A stretch of DNA of 64,000 nt. It comes from Sphaerodactylus townsendi. Its lineage: Eukaryota. This document shows, piece after piece, positions 52,092 through 64,000 of this stretch. Below the pieces are notes generated by a model. It saw only the letters and a list, made by a program, of their open reading frames with translations. It did not search any database and was not told the origin of the DNA. The number at the start of each line of letters is the position of its first letter. The first letter of the stretch is position 1. Both the position numbers and the translations under genes were made by a program. The stretch is from positions 32,674,001-32,738,000 of the forward strand of contig NC_059433.1 in the NCBI RefSeq assembly GCF_021028975.2, written 5' to 3'.

Positions 52092-53099
52092 TGTTACCCG
52101 CAGGAAAATAGGAAAAAATATTTTCCTGAGCCTGCCATAAACTACACTGGCTGGATCAGGCAAAGAGACCGAGAATGTTGTCAAAACCTCCATAAAGTTC
52201 ACAGAAGGCAGCATATGTATGTTTGTGCCAATGCTATATGGTTCCCTCTTGTTTATGCATTTCTAGGATGTATTAAAAGCCCTTTTTAAGTTGAATTTGT
52301 GATGTTACTTACTGCAGTTTAGGATGTTGTTAGTTTAGTTAGGTTCTTCAGTTGGTTTAAGGTTTTGTTATTGTTAGATTTAAGAAAAGCCATGCCAACT
52401 AAGTATCTGTAAGTCTTGCCCATAGAATTAAGTACATGTGTTTATGTTTGGGTTTCCCCTAACGTTTAAGTTTAGAAATGTTATTTTTTGAAATTGTGTC
52501 TGATGGCCAAGCAGTGGCAGAAGGTTGATAATGGGGACAGAAACTAGTCCTGGAATTCAGTTTGGACCAACACCCAGGTAATCCCATCTTCACCAACAAA
52601 AGGATCTTTTATTTAACAAAGGATGTCACCCTGTTTTGCTATTGGACTGTTTGAAGTTTTACTCTCAGGATCCAAATCATTGGACTATTGAAGTTTCCAA
52701 TTCCTAGGATCTCAAGACCCATTGGACAATTAGAGTTTCCCACTTCTAGGATCTCAAGATTCATTGGCAGCCTTTTCTTTTGGGACAATCCCATCAGCAA
52801 AAAAAAACAAGACTGTGCCTCCTCTTTGTTTTGAAATTGTCTGCAAGTATGTGGCGGGGCCTGCCTCCTTCCTCCTCGATCCAGACGAAAACTGTATACA
52901 AAAGACTGTGTTTCACGTTCTGTACTGGGCAGTCTGGCCTGGAAAGAGCTTGAAATCACAATAAAGAACCTCTGCTCTGAAGGCAGCCTGCCTCTGCATC
53001 CACTCACTGCTGCCAAAGCTGAAATCACTCTGAAATCACTATTGCTCATTGCTGACAAAGCTGAAATCACTTTCTAGTTACCCCTGGCTGTGGGTAACA
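52092..53099 (+). repeat. 3' LTR
   Basis: Direct repeat of 45894-46906, ending GGGTAACA and followed by TSD cagg. Confidence 0.93.
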
Positions 53100-53440
53100 C
53101 AGGTGGCATGTCAAAGAGCCACTTGTGACTCCCAATTCACTGAGTATCACCGCACCAGAGTGTGGGTGCCCCTGCAGGCAATATCCAGTCCAGAATGATA
53201 TCAAAAACATCTGCAAATTCAATGAATCAGCCACATATTTCCTTCTATCCCATCTTTATTGCAGCAGTTACTTTTCCAAAAACATGCAGGGAAACAGCTT
53301 GATGCAAATGTCTGATTTTCCTTTCCAAAGTGAAAATTACGTCTTTTCAGTAAGTGTCCCAAATGAAGCAACGCATGTTTGTTCATTTAAAAATAGCTGC
53401 AAGAGGCGCACAGTTAGCACAAGGTGGGAAAGGAATCCAC

Positions 53441-53581
53441 GACCCCTTCCGCACACACAAAATAATGCGTTTTCAAACCGCTTTCACAACTGTTTGCAAG
53501 TGGATTTTGCTATTCCGCACAGCCTCAAAGAGCACTGAAAGCAGTTTGAAAGTGCATTATTCTGCATGTGCGGAATGAGCC
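53441..53581 (-). mobile_element. PIF/Harbinger-like MITE, copy 5
   Basis: Reverse-oriented copy of the 140-bp family. Confidence 0.88.
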
Positions 53582-53834
53582 CTAGTTAGATCAGATAGAT
53601 GTACCTAGCTAAGCTTGTGGTCGGAATGGAAACTCTGATAAGCCTTGGAAAATATGTACCTTTCTTGAAGGTAGAAATATCCTCAGGAAAAACTGGAAGT
53701 TTTTAAAAATGCGTACCTCAGATAACATATGCCCCCTCAGATTAAAGTGGTGATGAAGACGTCTGGCAATTGCCCACACAACACTCCCTGGGGTTATTTT
53801 CTAGGATCCCTGGCTTCTAACAAAGATGTAAACA

Positions 53835-54020
53835 ATGTTATGGGTTTTCTGGGTTGTATGGCCGTGTTCCAGTAGTATTTTCTCCTGACATTTTGCCTGC
53901 ATCTGTGGCTGGCATCTTCAGAGAAACGTCAGGAGAAAGTACTACTGGAACATGGCCATACAATCTTGAAAACTCACAATATCCTACTGATTCCAGCCAT
54001 GAAAGGCTTTGACAATACAT
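53835..54020 (+). mobile_element. Penelope-like element terminal inverted fragment with hammerhead motif
   Basis: Homologue of 34831-35043. Minus-strand core CTGAAGA-tgcc...ggc-AAAATGTC-agg at ~53884-53923. Confidence 0.75.
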
Positions 54021-57000
54021 TGAACAAGACATGGTATTTAGAATCAGACATTTATCGGTGGGGGTGGGGGGGTGGGGGGTTATGACAGAGTTACTGTTTT
54101 ATCTGAACACTCTCTTTCTGAATCCCAATGCACCAATGCCATTTGAAATGCTTCAATCACATTTAGAATTGTCTGCTGCAACTTTCATTTCTCATATCCC
54201 ATGCCCAGCATGTTTCAGCACCTACGGTGAGAGTTTAGATGGATAAAGCTGTTTGGTATTGATGTTCTCAGCATGTTTGCTTCACCTAGACTTCAGTTCA
54301 GAGAGAATAAAGCCTTAAGGGAGGGGTGCATGAGAAAGGGACTCATGAATTCACAATCAACCAAGTTCTTGACATAAGAATATATATCCTTTTTATGTGT
54401 TGATTGTATGGGTAAATGTTCCTTTTCTGTTTTCCAAAAACATTTTCCCTAATGCTTTATCACATATTGTTGTTCACACACAGTATTTCTCAATTAACCA
54501 TCCAGTATTTTTTAAAAATCAGTTCAAAAATACTTTTGCTAAGTAATCCAGTAGTCAATAGTACTATTGACCAGCTCTTGATTTTGTTCATTAGAAAGTA
54601 CAGTAGTATACTCTGTTCCAATGAAAGATCTACGTGCAGTCAGTCGTGGTTTGGGAAAAGTAAAAGCAGTGTGCTTCTGCAGATGAAAATAGTTCTGAAT
54701 GTCGTTGATCATTAAAGAGTCATTTTTAAATGTAACCTTAGTCAAAACCATCATTCTGTGCACTATTAAACATGCTTGTTTGATAAAAGAGCATTTATAT
54801 TCCCTCGAACGACTATTGGTGAAACTTGCCTCCCCACCTCCATTTTTTTTTGTTGCATCCACCATTTTGTGTCACATTCAGGATCCTCCATGCTTCCGCT
54901 ACCGTTTTAAGAATACTCCCAGGAGTTTCCCCACTTGCAGCTCATCCAGTGGCCATTTCAATGTAAAAAATATATGAATATAGGTGTTTTTTCCTGGCGA
55001 TTCCACACACGTGTAATTTTTTTTCCTTTTTTGTTTTGAATGAGATATCTTCGTAGCCATGAAGACACCATCTAACAATTACAGATGCTTGGAGGGCTGG
55101 TCCATTAAGAAACATTGGGTGAATCTGACTTCCATAGAGGGCAGGTCTACTCATTACTTTCAATTACGGGTAGACCCATTACTTTCACTCGCAGGTAGAC
55201 CTGCCCTTTTACATAGACAAAATGATAAATATGAAAACATGTTTTATGTATACTCATATATTCACATTCCATTATGGCAAACATGGGATACGATTTTATG
55301 AAGGATGATAAAGGGTTTTTTTGCCTGCATACTGTGATGCACTTATTTATCATCACTACATGTTTATGAAATGTACATAGAATTGTGGGTGTCCTTATCC
55401 CAATTGCTCAGCAGCCAGTTTTATCTATATGAAATTATGCTTGGTGACAGTGCTACCTAGCACTATTACTGTTCTGCAACTTGCTATGCACTTTATTCAG
55501 CAGAACAGTGCATTTAAAATGGTCATAGGAGATACAGCATAATTCCCTTGTGGTCCCAATTGCCATAGAACTGGCGCCTTCATATGCCAAATTGCTCAAG
55601 ATGGATGCTGACATGAAAAGATAAACAGGATATAATCCTTATGTCCTTGAACAAAATGATAAGGTTCCCCTTGATGTCAGCAGTACAAGATTACATTCAG
55701 TTTGTACACAATACTGTAGCACAGCTTACTATGGGGAAAAGATGACACACTGCATGAGATTGTACTGTTGGTATGGTTCGACTCTCAGAACAGTTTCTGC
55801 TCTCAGAAGCAGTAAATTTGCCACAATAGTCACCAAATGCAACAGGAATGGTTTCTATTTTTGTCCGTGTTTGTTTGTTTCTGAGCAAAAAAACAATCAG
55901 AATTCACTTCAACAGCAAAATACAGGTGGTTCTAAATCAAAGTTCACTGCAGGAGATTTATAAATATGATTTTCCTATAAAATCCAGCATTTTTGTTTTA
56001 TTATTTGTAACTTGTAAGTAGCACAAAACTGTGCATCTCACAGCATTTCCAAATATGGTGGGTACCAAACATCAGTGTTAGAACGTCATTACAAGTGCAT
56101 GTGGTTATACAACACACATAAATTGTGCCTTTATGTTTAACTTGTCTAATCAGCTCACCATATCAAAACTTAATAAGTAGCTGCTTCTCATTTAAAGGTC
56201 TAGTAAAACTGCAATTACTATGGCTGTAAGATGCCTTGTTTCGAAAAGTGCATTAAATAGTTTTATAGATATGGTTAGAAGCTCTTGTGTAGTTGTTTTT
56301 ATGAAAGTGAACGAGTTCATTAATAATGGAAGCTGGCGACAGAAATACAAGTTAGGGGCTGGGAAAACGACTTTTGCATTTGAATCTCTTTCTCACAGAT
56401 TGTTAAATGCCATTGGTTTGATTCCGATTGTATTGAATGAGTATCAAAGTTGCTGGTATTTTTAATTGTTTTAGGATAGCGGGCTGACACATGTAGTTGT
56501 AGTGGTTTTTAAAATAGCATTAAACATTCTAGACATACTCAAAGTGGATATTTCTGGTTGAATTTTGTTATAGTGTCACTGGCCAATTATGAACAAGGTG
56601 TCTGTAGCGCAATGGGGGCAAATTTACATCACAGCAAGATTTCTTATACGGACCTATTTCCTCAATACTCACTTTCACTTTCCTTTCTTTCCACAGCAAG
56701 CAAGCCCACTTCTAGCACAATTTTAATTTTCTTCGCTCTCAGAGTGGGACAGATTTGCCAGTGATCATAGCTGTGCCCTGGACATCTTCCCTCCACTCAC
56801 AGCCAGACTTCCCACTCCCTTGCACTGCCATCCACACCTTCCCCTGGCCCCCCTCCATGTTGCCAGCTGCTTCAAGTCACTGAAAAGAAGCTCACTCACA
56901 TTGGCTTAGCCGAAACACACTGACTGCATTCTCATATTAATATACTGAGACCGTGATATAATAACAACAGTAAGTGCTTGGAAATAACAAACCTCTGTGT

Positions 57001-58649
57001 CCCTCTGCAGCAACAGCAACAGAAAGTGTGTTTGTAGGGGAGGGGGAGAGAGAATATCAGCTCTAAGACATGGATTCCTTCTTCAGCAGTGTGAGGTCCA
57101 GGGAATTGCTTTGCCTCTGTCATTCGGAGGAGAATTATTTTTAGAACAATAATATTGATATAAATGCAGGTTAAAGGACTAAGTCACCAATCTTACTGGG
57201 TGTGATGAGATCTGTGCCTTAAAGGATGCCTCAGTGGGCAGAGTTAAGGGAACCAGATCAGGACAAGTTCTCTGCAGAAAAGCTCCATGGCAGGAATGAA
57301 TGCCTCCTTGTGTGTAAACAGAGAAACATGAAGAGAGCCCACTGCACAGAGAAGAGCCCCATGTCAATGAGCCCCAAGGTAAGTGTTCCATGCATAATGG
57401 GCTATTGTTCTAAAAGCCCCCTCTTAAACACACCTTAACATGGTGTGCGTGCGGGGGGGGGGAGGTTGAGTGTATCAGCAAAGGTGACAGCAATATCATA
57501 AGGAGTTCTGCCTCAGTTAGCAGTGTCACTCAATGTGGAATGGTCAAAGCTGAGACACCAGACTAAGATGTACCCTCTCCATGTTGGAATTAATGGCCAT
57601 GTCAGGAAAAGATGATGAACAGTTCCAATGATGAAGGGGGTAGAAGCTGAAATTGGCAGAGGAACTGTAATAGACAATGGCAGTAAAAAACCATCTAATC
57701 CTGGTTAGTAGTGGCAGAAGAAGGCAAGAGTAAATCATTTTTGATAATCTTATACCTTGAAAACCCTAACAACCCAAAATAAAAGAAGATATATAGCACT
57801 TGAAGAAAGGACTCCCCAGTTGGATGGCATGCAATTAGCTAGTACAGAAGACATGAGGACAGCTACAAATAGCGCTATTCTTAACGATGCAACTAAACTA
57901 AAGCCAAAAGGACAGTCAGTTGTTGATGTGAATGAATGCAAAAGGATCCAACGCTGTTCAATGCATGTCATAAGCAAATGGAATGTGAGATGTATGAAAC
58001 AAGGTAAACTCAACATTGTCAAACAAGAAATGAATCATTTAAATATTGCTATCCTGGAAGTAAGTGAAGTGAATTTCTTTCCTTTCCTTTAATGGTATAG
58101 TTTTATTTGCCAAAACCTTAAGTCTAAGCTAAAATGCATTGTATACATGGGCATCACTGGATGTCCAATATAGAAATCAAATAAATTACATAATTGGAAG
58201 CAGAAAATGCAAAAATTGTATTCTCCATGATGAAACAACACCAGTAGCTGATTGTGATGCAGACCATGAATTATTAATATCAAAAATTTGAATAAAGCTG
58301 AAGAAAAAATCACAACATTCATAGTGCCAAAATATAATCTAAAGAACATTTTGAAAAAGTTAAAGACTATGAAAAAAGAAGAAAAGTTGTTTTTTGTAGC
58401 TCACTTTTCCCTACCTTTAAAGAGTCTCAAAGAATAGATTTGCATTGCTAAATTCAAGCGAACATGAATGAGAAAAAACCTGGATTGAAACCAGTGATCT
58501 TATCAAAGAAGAACGCACAAAGACTACTCTTGTAGCCAAAAGAAATGAAAAATTTTGTTGGATAAAACTTTTCAAATTGCTAAAGATAGATGAGAAGAAA
58601 AAATTAAAGGTGACAGAAACAGAATCAGAAATGCAGCCTTCCAGCAATT

Positions 58650-59378
58650 GATCCTGTCTGCACAATAAAAAATGAGATGTCCTGGGAGATGTCTTTAAAA
58701 AACCTGTCTCCTCATTTTTTTGTCTGAACAGGACAAAAAATAAAATGTCTGAGGAGAGAGTGACTTATTTCTTCTGCTCAATCAAAAAAGCTCTCACTCC
58801 ACCAGCCATTTTTTTGCTGCTTGAACCTTCCATTGCACCAGCCATGCCCTTAAGTTATCCAGGACATTTCCTTTGCATGCATCATGCCGATGATTTTTTT
58901 CACTCCAAAAGTATATAGTTCAACACATCTCTTAGGTTTTTCAGTTTTAAAAAAATTTCAACGAGCTGTCTTTGCTGCTTAAAACCTCCATTGCACTCAC
59001 CATGCCCTAAAGTTGCCCGAGATGTTTCCTCTGCATGCATCATGCCCATGGTCCTTTTTTGCTCAAAAAGTACATAGTTCAACTTAGCTCCTCCTGCCAA
59101 TTCTAACAATATATAGTTTTCCCTTTTAAAAATTTTCAATGAGCTGTCACTGAAGACACAAACCCATAATATGTGAATCGCAACAGAGGTTTCAAGCAGC
59201 AGAAAATGGCCAGCAGGAGAAAATGACATTGAGAGTTCTTTGATCAAGAGGGAAAAATAAGCTGTCTCCTGAGCTCCAAACAGCAAGTAGGAGACAACTT
59301 CAAGCTGACAGCAAAATGCCCAAAAATGCCATTTTTCCCATCCTCAGGACATTTTATTTGTGTTGTGCAGGAAGGGCC
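58650..59378. mobile_element. Harbinger-like element inserted in the RTE LINE
   Basis: Imperfect TIRs gatcctgtctgcacaa / ttgtgcaggaagggcc, similar to those of 27740-28235, and an internal ~160-bp duplication. Confidence 0.65.
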
Positions 59379-60029
59379 AAAGAGAACTATTATCCTAGCC
59401 AGTGTAAAGAAATAGAAAAGAACAACAACAACAAAGACATCTGTTCCACAAGTTCTATGAAATCAAAGGGAAATTTAAAGCACAATTAGGTATCCTGAAA
59501 GATTAACACTGAAATATATTAACTGAACAGGTCAAAATAAAGAAAAGATGAGAACAATACACTGAAAAACTACACAGAAAACATGAAAGAATGATAGATT
59601 CCTTCAAAGAAGAAACTTTTGAAGAAGAACCTACAGTTTGAAAAAAATGAAGCGAAAGCAATGCTGTGCAATTTGGAGAAACAAATCACCAGAAGTAGGT
59701 GGGGATATTAATAGAGCAATTCTAAACCAAGGAAATAGAGTCCATCAAAATCTTAACAAGAATATTCCAGCAAAGATGGAAAACAAAACAATGGCCCATA
59801 GACTGAAAACACTCTATTTACATTCCAATTCCAAAAAAAGAGGTGTAGCAATTATCAGACGATCACATTAATTTTTCATAAGAGTAAAGCGATGTTCAAA
59901 ATTTTACAGAAAAGACTGTTACCATATATACCAGACATTCACGGTGAATTCAAAAAAGGAAAAGGCACTAAAGATCATTCTGCAAATTTATGATAGTCAT
60001 TGGGACATATGAAAGAATTTCAGAAGAAG

Positions 60030-60300
60030 AGCTCCTCTTTTTTGTCATCAAGTCACACCTGATTTATGGCGACCCTATAGGGTTTTCAAGGAGAGAGACA
60101 TTCAGAGATAGTTTGCCATTGCCTGCCTCCACATGAAACCCCTGGTATTCCTTGGAAGTTTCCTATCCAAATAATTGCCAGGATCAAGGGTGAGAGTGTG
60201 TGATTGACCCAAGGTCACCCTGCAAGTTTCCATGGTAGAGTGGGGATTTGGACCTGAGTTTCCCATATCTTAGTCTGACTCCTTAACCACTACACCGTGC
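60030..60300 (-). mobile_element. Sauria-type-tailed tRNA SINE inserted in the RTE LINE
   Basis: Minus-strand tRNA-like head at ~60300 and BovB-type tail at ~60045-60070. Confidence 0.75.
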
Positions 60301-60849
60301 TGTTTTATAGATTACTGCAAAGTTTTTGACTGTGTTCATCATGAAAAGCTTCGGTTAGTTTTAAAAGAAATGTGCATGCCACAACATCTGGTTGTTCTGA
60401 TGTATAACCTGTACTCTCCAAGTAAACTGATGCTCAAAATCTTACAACAATCTTACAACAAAGACTTTTACCATATATGAAATTAGAAATGCCAGATGTT
60501 CAAGCTGGATTCAGAAAAGGAAGAGGCACTAGAGACCATACTGCAAATTTATGTTGGTTACTGGGGATATGCAGACAACATCACATTATCAGTAAAAATA
60601 GTGAAGACTACTGATAAAAGTTAAAGTTCCAATGCAGGATTAAAACTGAACATCAAGAATACAAATTAATGACTACTGAGAAATTACACAATTTTAAGCT
60701 TCACAATGGAGACATTGAAATTGTTAAAAGATTTTCTATTACTCAGCTCCATTGTCAAGCAAAAAGAAGACTGCAACCAAGAAATCAGAAGGAGACTGAG
60801 ACTGGGAAGGGCAGCTATGAAGAAGCAGGAAAAGATCCTTAACAGTAAG

Positions 60850-61195
60850 GAGAGCCTTCTCCACAGTGGCCCCTACACTGTGGAATGCCCTTCCTCCAGA
60901 GGTTCACTAGATGCCCACTTCCTTGGAGTTTTGGCACCTGGTGAAGACCAAACTCTTCACCCAGGCATTTGGCTGAACCTTCCCTCCCCTTGCTGGGAGG
61001 ACCCCCCTCCTTTTTAGTGGGTGAGTGGATGTAGAAGATTTTAGATTGTGTTTTGGGTTTTTAGAATGGGGTTTTATTGTGTGGTTTTTTTTAATGGGGT
61101 TTTAGAATGGAGTTTTATTGTGTTTTCACTGTCATGATTTTAATGTTGCATGTTTTGTTCTAACCTGCCCTGAGGCAGATAATAAATGTAAATAG
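60850..61195 (+). mobile_element. L2-like LINE 3' fragment inserted in the RTE LINE
   Basis: RAFSTVAPTLWNALP motif followed by a T-rich 3' UTR. Confidence 0.65.
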
Positions 61196-62449
61196 AAATA
61201 GAATACCTATTACTAAGTACCAGTATGAAAGTTGGACAATTGAAAGCTAACAGGAAGAATATTGACACATATGAAATGTGGTGTTAGAGGAAGGTTTTAT
61301 GGATTCCATGCACCATCAAAAAGGCAAATAAGTGAGTTCCAGATCAAATTAAGCCTGAACTCTCTTTGGAAGCTAAGATGACTAAACTATCATACTTCGG
61401 TTATATTATAAGAAGACAATATTCACTGGAAACGACAGTAATGCTGGCAAAAGTTGAAGGCAGTCAGAAAGAGGAAAACTTAACATGAGATGGATTGTCT
61501 CAATAAAGGAAACCATACCCTTCAGTTTGCAAGAGCTGAGTCAGGCTGTTAATGATATGCTGTTTTGGAGGTCATTAATTCATACTGTCACCATAAGTCG
61601 GAAGCAACTTGACAGCAGTTAACACATACATAGTTCTGAAACAGTTAGGGGACTCTGTCCCTGTGTGCCATCCAACTCTGCTAACATTTTGTTATACAGT
61701 TCGCGCATATACAAGCAGGATGTGCATGTGTGAAGAAGCTCCTAGATGCAGCCATACAAGGGGTCATGGCAACAGACCGTTAGAGAGGGCTACATTTCCC
61801 ACGTCAATGACTTAATAGTTTTCATAGACATTCCATTAAGTATAGTAATAATGAAATGAGATGCGATTCAAGTATGGTTCTGTGTGCTCCTGTAAAGTGG
61901 TTTATACTGTGGGTTACTTTTTCAGCTTTTATTTTACTTTCTCCTGAGAAGCTTGTTATTGTAAACCTTCTTTGAGAATTTCACCCTAAGAAGAAAAGCC
62001 ACCATCTCAGTTCAAATTGGAAGGAAATCATCAGGAATAGATCAATGAAGTAGCGTCTTATCTGTCCTCTTGGTGGGTCAAAAGGTATTTTTTTTAAAAA
62101 AAAATCGCCTTAGATTTGATTTAAATGCAGACTAAAGAAGAAACAGCAGATGGGCACTGTTTAAATTACAAACCTAAGGAAGCTTTTTTCACAGAAAACT
62201 CTTAAGCTTCAGCTCCATAGTTGCTAAAGATTTTCCCTTTCCCTCAATGGCTCACTAAACCTTTATTTAGATAGTTGGAAAAAACATCACATATATTTCA
62301 ATTTTTTTTTAATGTAGTTTTGAAGCTGTGCTTTCCCCCTTTTTTACAAAAAGGCCAGCATCTATAATTACCTTTCTGGGATCCCCCCCCCCCCCTTAAA
62401 TCTTAGATGCATTTTCAAATGGCTAATATTCCTGTCCAGGCTCACAACA

Positions 62450-62476
62450 TAGCACCCTCTGGTGCACATATTACAG
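62450..62476 (-). promoter_or_regulatory. Candidate CTCF binding site
   Basis: Minus strand reads ctgtaatatgtgCACCAGAGGGTGCTA, close to the CTCF core consensus, with a possible upstream module. Confidence 0.45.
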
Positions 62477-62933
62477 TGAAAGATTAGAACGATTATGAAG
62501 ATTGTGTTCACTTTCTGGTAGACATCTCCCAGAGATGAATTTTAATATTCAGATATGCAACAGAAACATAATGATTTAAATAGATCATTGTGCTCTTGAA
62601 AATAAATAGAGGGGTTTTTTCCTTGCAGAATTTCTAATTCATTTATTTGAAGATTAAGAAGACAATCAAGGGGAACTAAAGCTTGGTAAGGATTTCTTTA
62701 AAATGCACTGAGGACACAAAAGATTTGCTCTATAGCTGTTACTCTGAGACAAATGTTAATAATTTCAGGCTATGTCTGGCTCATTTCTTTCTTTATATAT
62801 CAGTATGGACTGCCTGAAATCTAGTGCTTTCCTGAGTTCAACAGTGAAACCAAAAGATTAGGTTTAGCATCAGCTCCAATGACAGGAAATACCCACTTCC
62901 CCTTGCTAAAATATTGTTTATCACATAAGTACA

Positions 62934-63172
62934 CATAGTGTAATGGTTAAGAGCAGCAGACTCTAATCTGGAGAATTGGATTTGATTCCGCACTCCTCCA
63001 TACGAAGCCTGCTAGTTGGCCTTGCACAAGTCACAATTCTTCTAGAACTCTTTCAGCCCCACCTACCTCACAAGGTTACTGTTGTGGGGAGAAGAATCCA
63101 ATGTGAGTGTAAGTCACTTTGAGACTCCTTAAGGTAGAGAAAAGTGGGGTATTAAAACCTACTTTTCTTTTT
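62934..63172 (+). mobile_element. Squam3-type SINE
   Basis: Homologue of the other copies. Confidence 0.8.
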
Positions 63173-63431
63173 CTAAATTATTTGCCATAGATCATTTAGT
63201 CTTCTTGGACTTTTCTTCAGCATTTCAGAGTCACTTTACATGTAATGGTCAACATCTTCTTGAAACCAGGGCATGGTTAGTGACCTTTAAGTTCTGGGTA
63301 CATTTATGCTTCAACCAGGAGGTCCTGAGTTTAATGTATTAAGGTTTGCCCACCCTCCAAAGATGAGTGGTGGGCTTTCATAGAAGTCAAAATACTTACT
63401 CTAGGTTGGTCACTCAAGGCTTTGGCAATGT

Positions 63432-64000
63432 TACCGCCAATGAAATCCTTCAGAGCTTATCCCAGTCCACCATTCCATCTTGTTTGAAAGCTTCCACCAT
63501 TGTTCCACTACCAAAGAGATTTCCTGCTGACAATCTTCAGGATTATAGACCAGTGGCACTCACCCCCATCATCATGAAGTGTTTGAAAACTGGTCCATAG
63601 GCATATTAGTTCTTGCCTTCCAGATACATTTGATAAACATCAGTTCGGCATATCGACTAATAGATCTTTCACGGAGGACGCTTATTGCCATTAGCCTCCC
63701 ACAACTTAGCCATGCATCTGGAACAGCAGGGGAATTATGTGCGCACGTTCTTTTTATGGACTTTAGTTCCGCGATTTAATACAATCTCTCCACAAAGACT
63801 CAGTGACAAAACTTGTGGATCTTGGACTCCTCACATTCAATCTGTTTGGTGGATTAGGGGACTTCGTTCTGGACGCTCCAGAGGGTTAGACTGGGAACCG
63901 GTTTCCTCAGTTCTTACTCTTAAATATGGGAACGCTTTACAGGGCTGTGTGTGTTGAGCCCCTTTTACTGTTCACCCTTTTATACATATGATTGTACCCT
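63432..64000 (+). mobile_element. 5'-truncated Rex1/Babar-clade LINE, RT region, continuing beyond the window
   Basis: [36 protein letters not shown](FE), HLEQQGNYVR..FMDFSSA(FNTI), QGCV(LSP)..LYTYDC across frameshifts. Confidence 0.88.

Larger units (their letters stand above)
45894..53099 (+). mobile_element. Class I (gamma-like) endogenous retrovirus, defective/non-autonomous, ~7.2 kb
   Basis: Two ~1 kb direct LTRs with TGTTACCC...GGGTAACA ends, 4-bp TSD cagg (45890-45893 and 53100-53103), PBS, PPT and gamma-type Gag motifs. Confidence 0.93.
57745..61631 (+). mobile_element. Decayed RTE/BovB-like LINE with several nested insertions
   Basis: Endonuclease motif KWNVRCMKQGKLNIVKQEMNHLNIAILEVSE, RT motif EMPDVQAGFRKGRGTRDH, EIRRRLRLGRAAM, and 3' tail ccataagtcggaagcaacttgacagc. 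Confidence 0.88.

Noticed and set aside
54380-54950. Possible decayed L1/Tx1 fragments (also ~4200-4470, ~15650-16070, ~24700-25050, ~36470-36890)
   Set aside because: Too degraded to define boundaries or family by eye.

Overview
This is repeat-rich, AT-rich vertebrate DNA from a squamate, probably a gecko, judging by Squam3-type SINEs, Sauria/BovB-tailed SINEs, and CR1, RTE, Rex1 and Penelope-type fragments. It is mostly intergenic. The first ~2.8 kb seems to hold the 3' end of an unidentified + strand gene: a 47-nt exon followed by two alternative terminal exons, next to a 292-N assembly gap. The main feature is a ~7.2 kb class I (gamma-like) endogenous retrovirus at 45894-53099. It has paired ~1 kb LTRs, a 4-bp TSD (CAGG), a degenerate tRNA-Gln PBS, a PPT, a frameshifted gag, only a remnant of pol and no recognisable env. 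Inside it, behind a splice acceptor, is an intronless frameshifted gene that I reconstruct by eye as signal peptide + partial MHC class I-like alpha1/alpha2 + stalk + hydrophobic anchor. This would be a captured MHC-I-like accessory gene, and it is the best candidate for something new. The window also contains Penelope-type inverted ends with hammerhead ribozyme cores, a near-perfect 139-bp hairpin, nested hAT/Harbinger-type MITEs with clear TSDs, a decayed RTE/BovB LINE, and a Rex1-like LINE running off the right edge. Almost all ORFs in the supplied track look spurious. All family assignments are by-eye recognition, not database searches.
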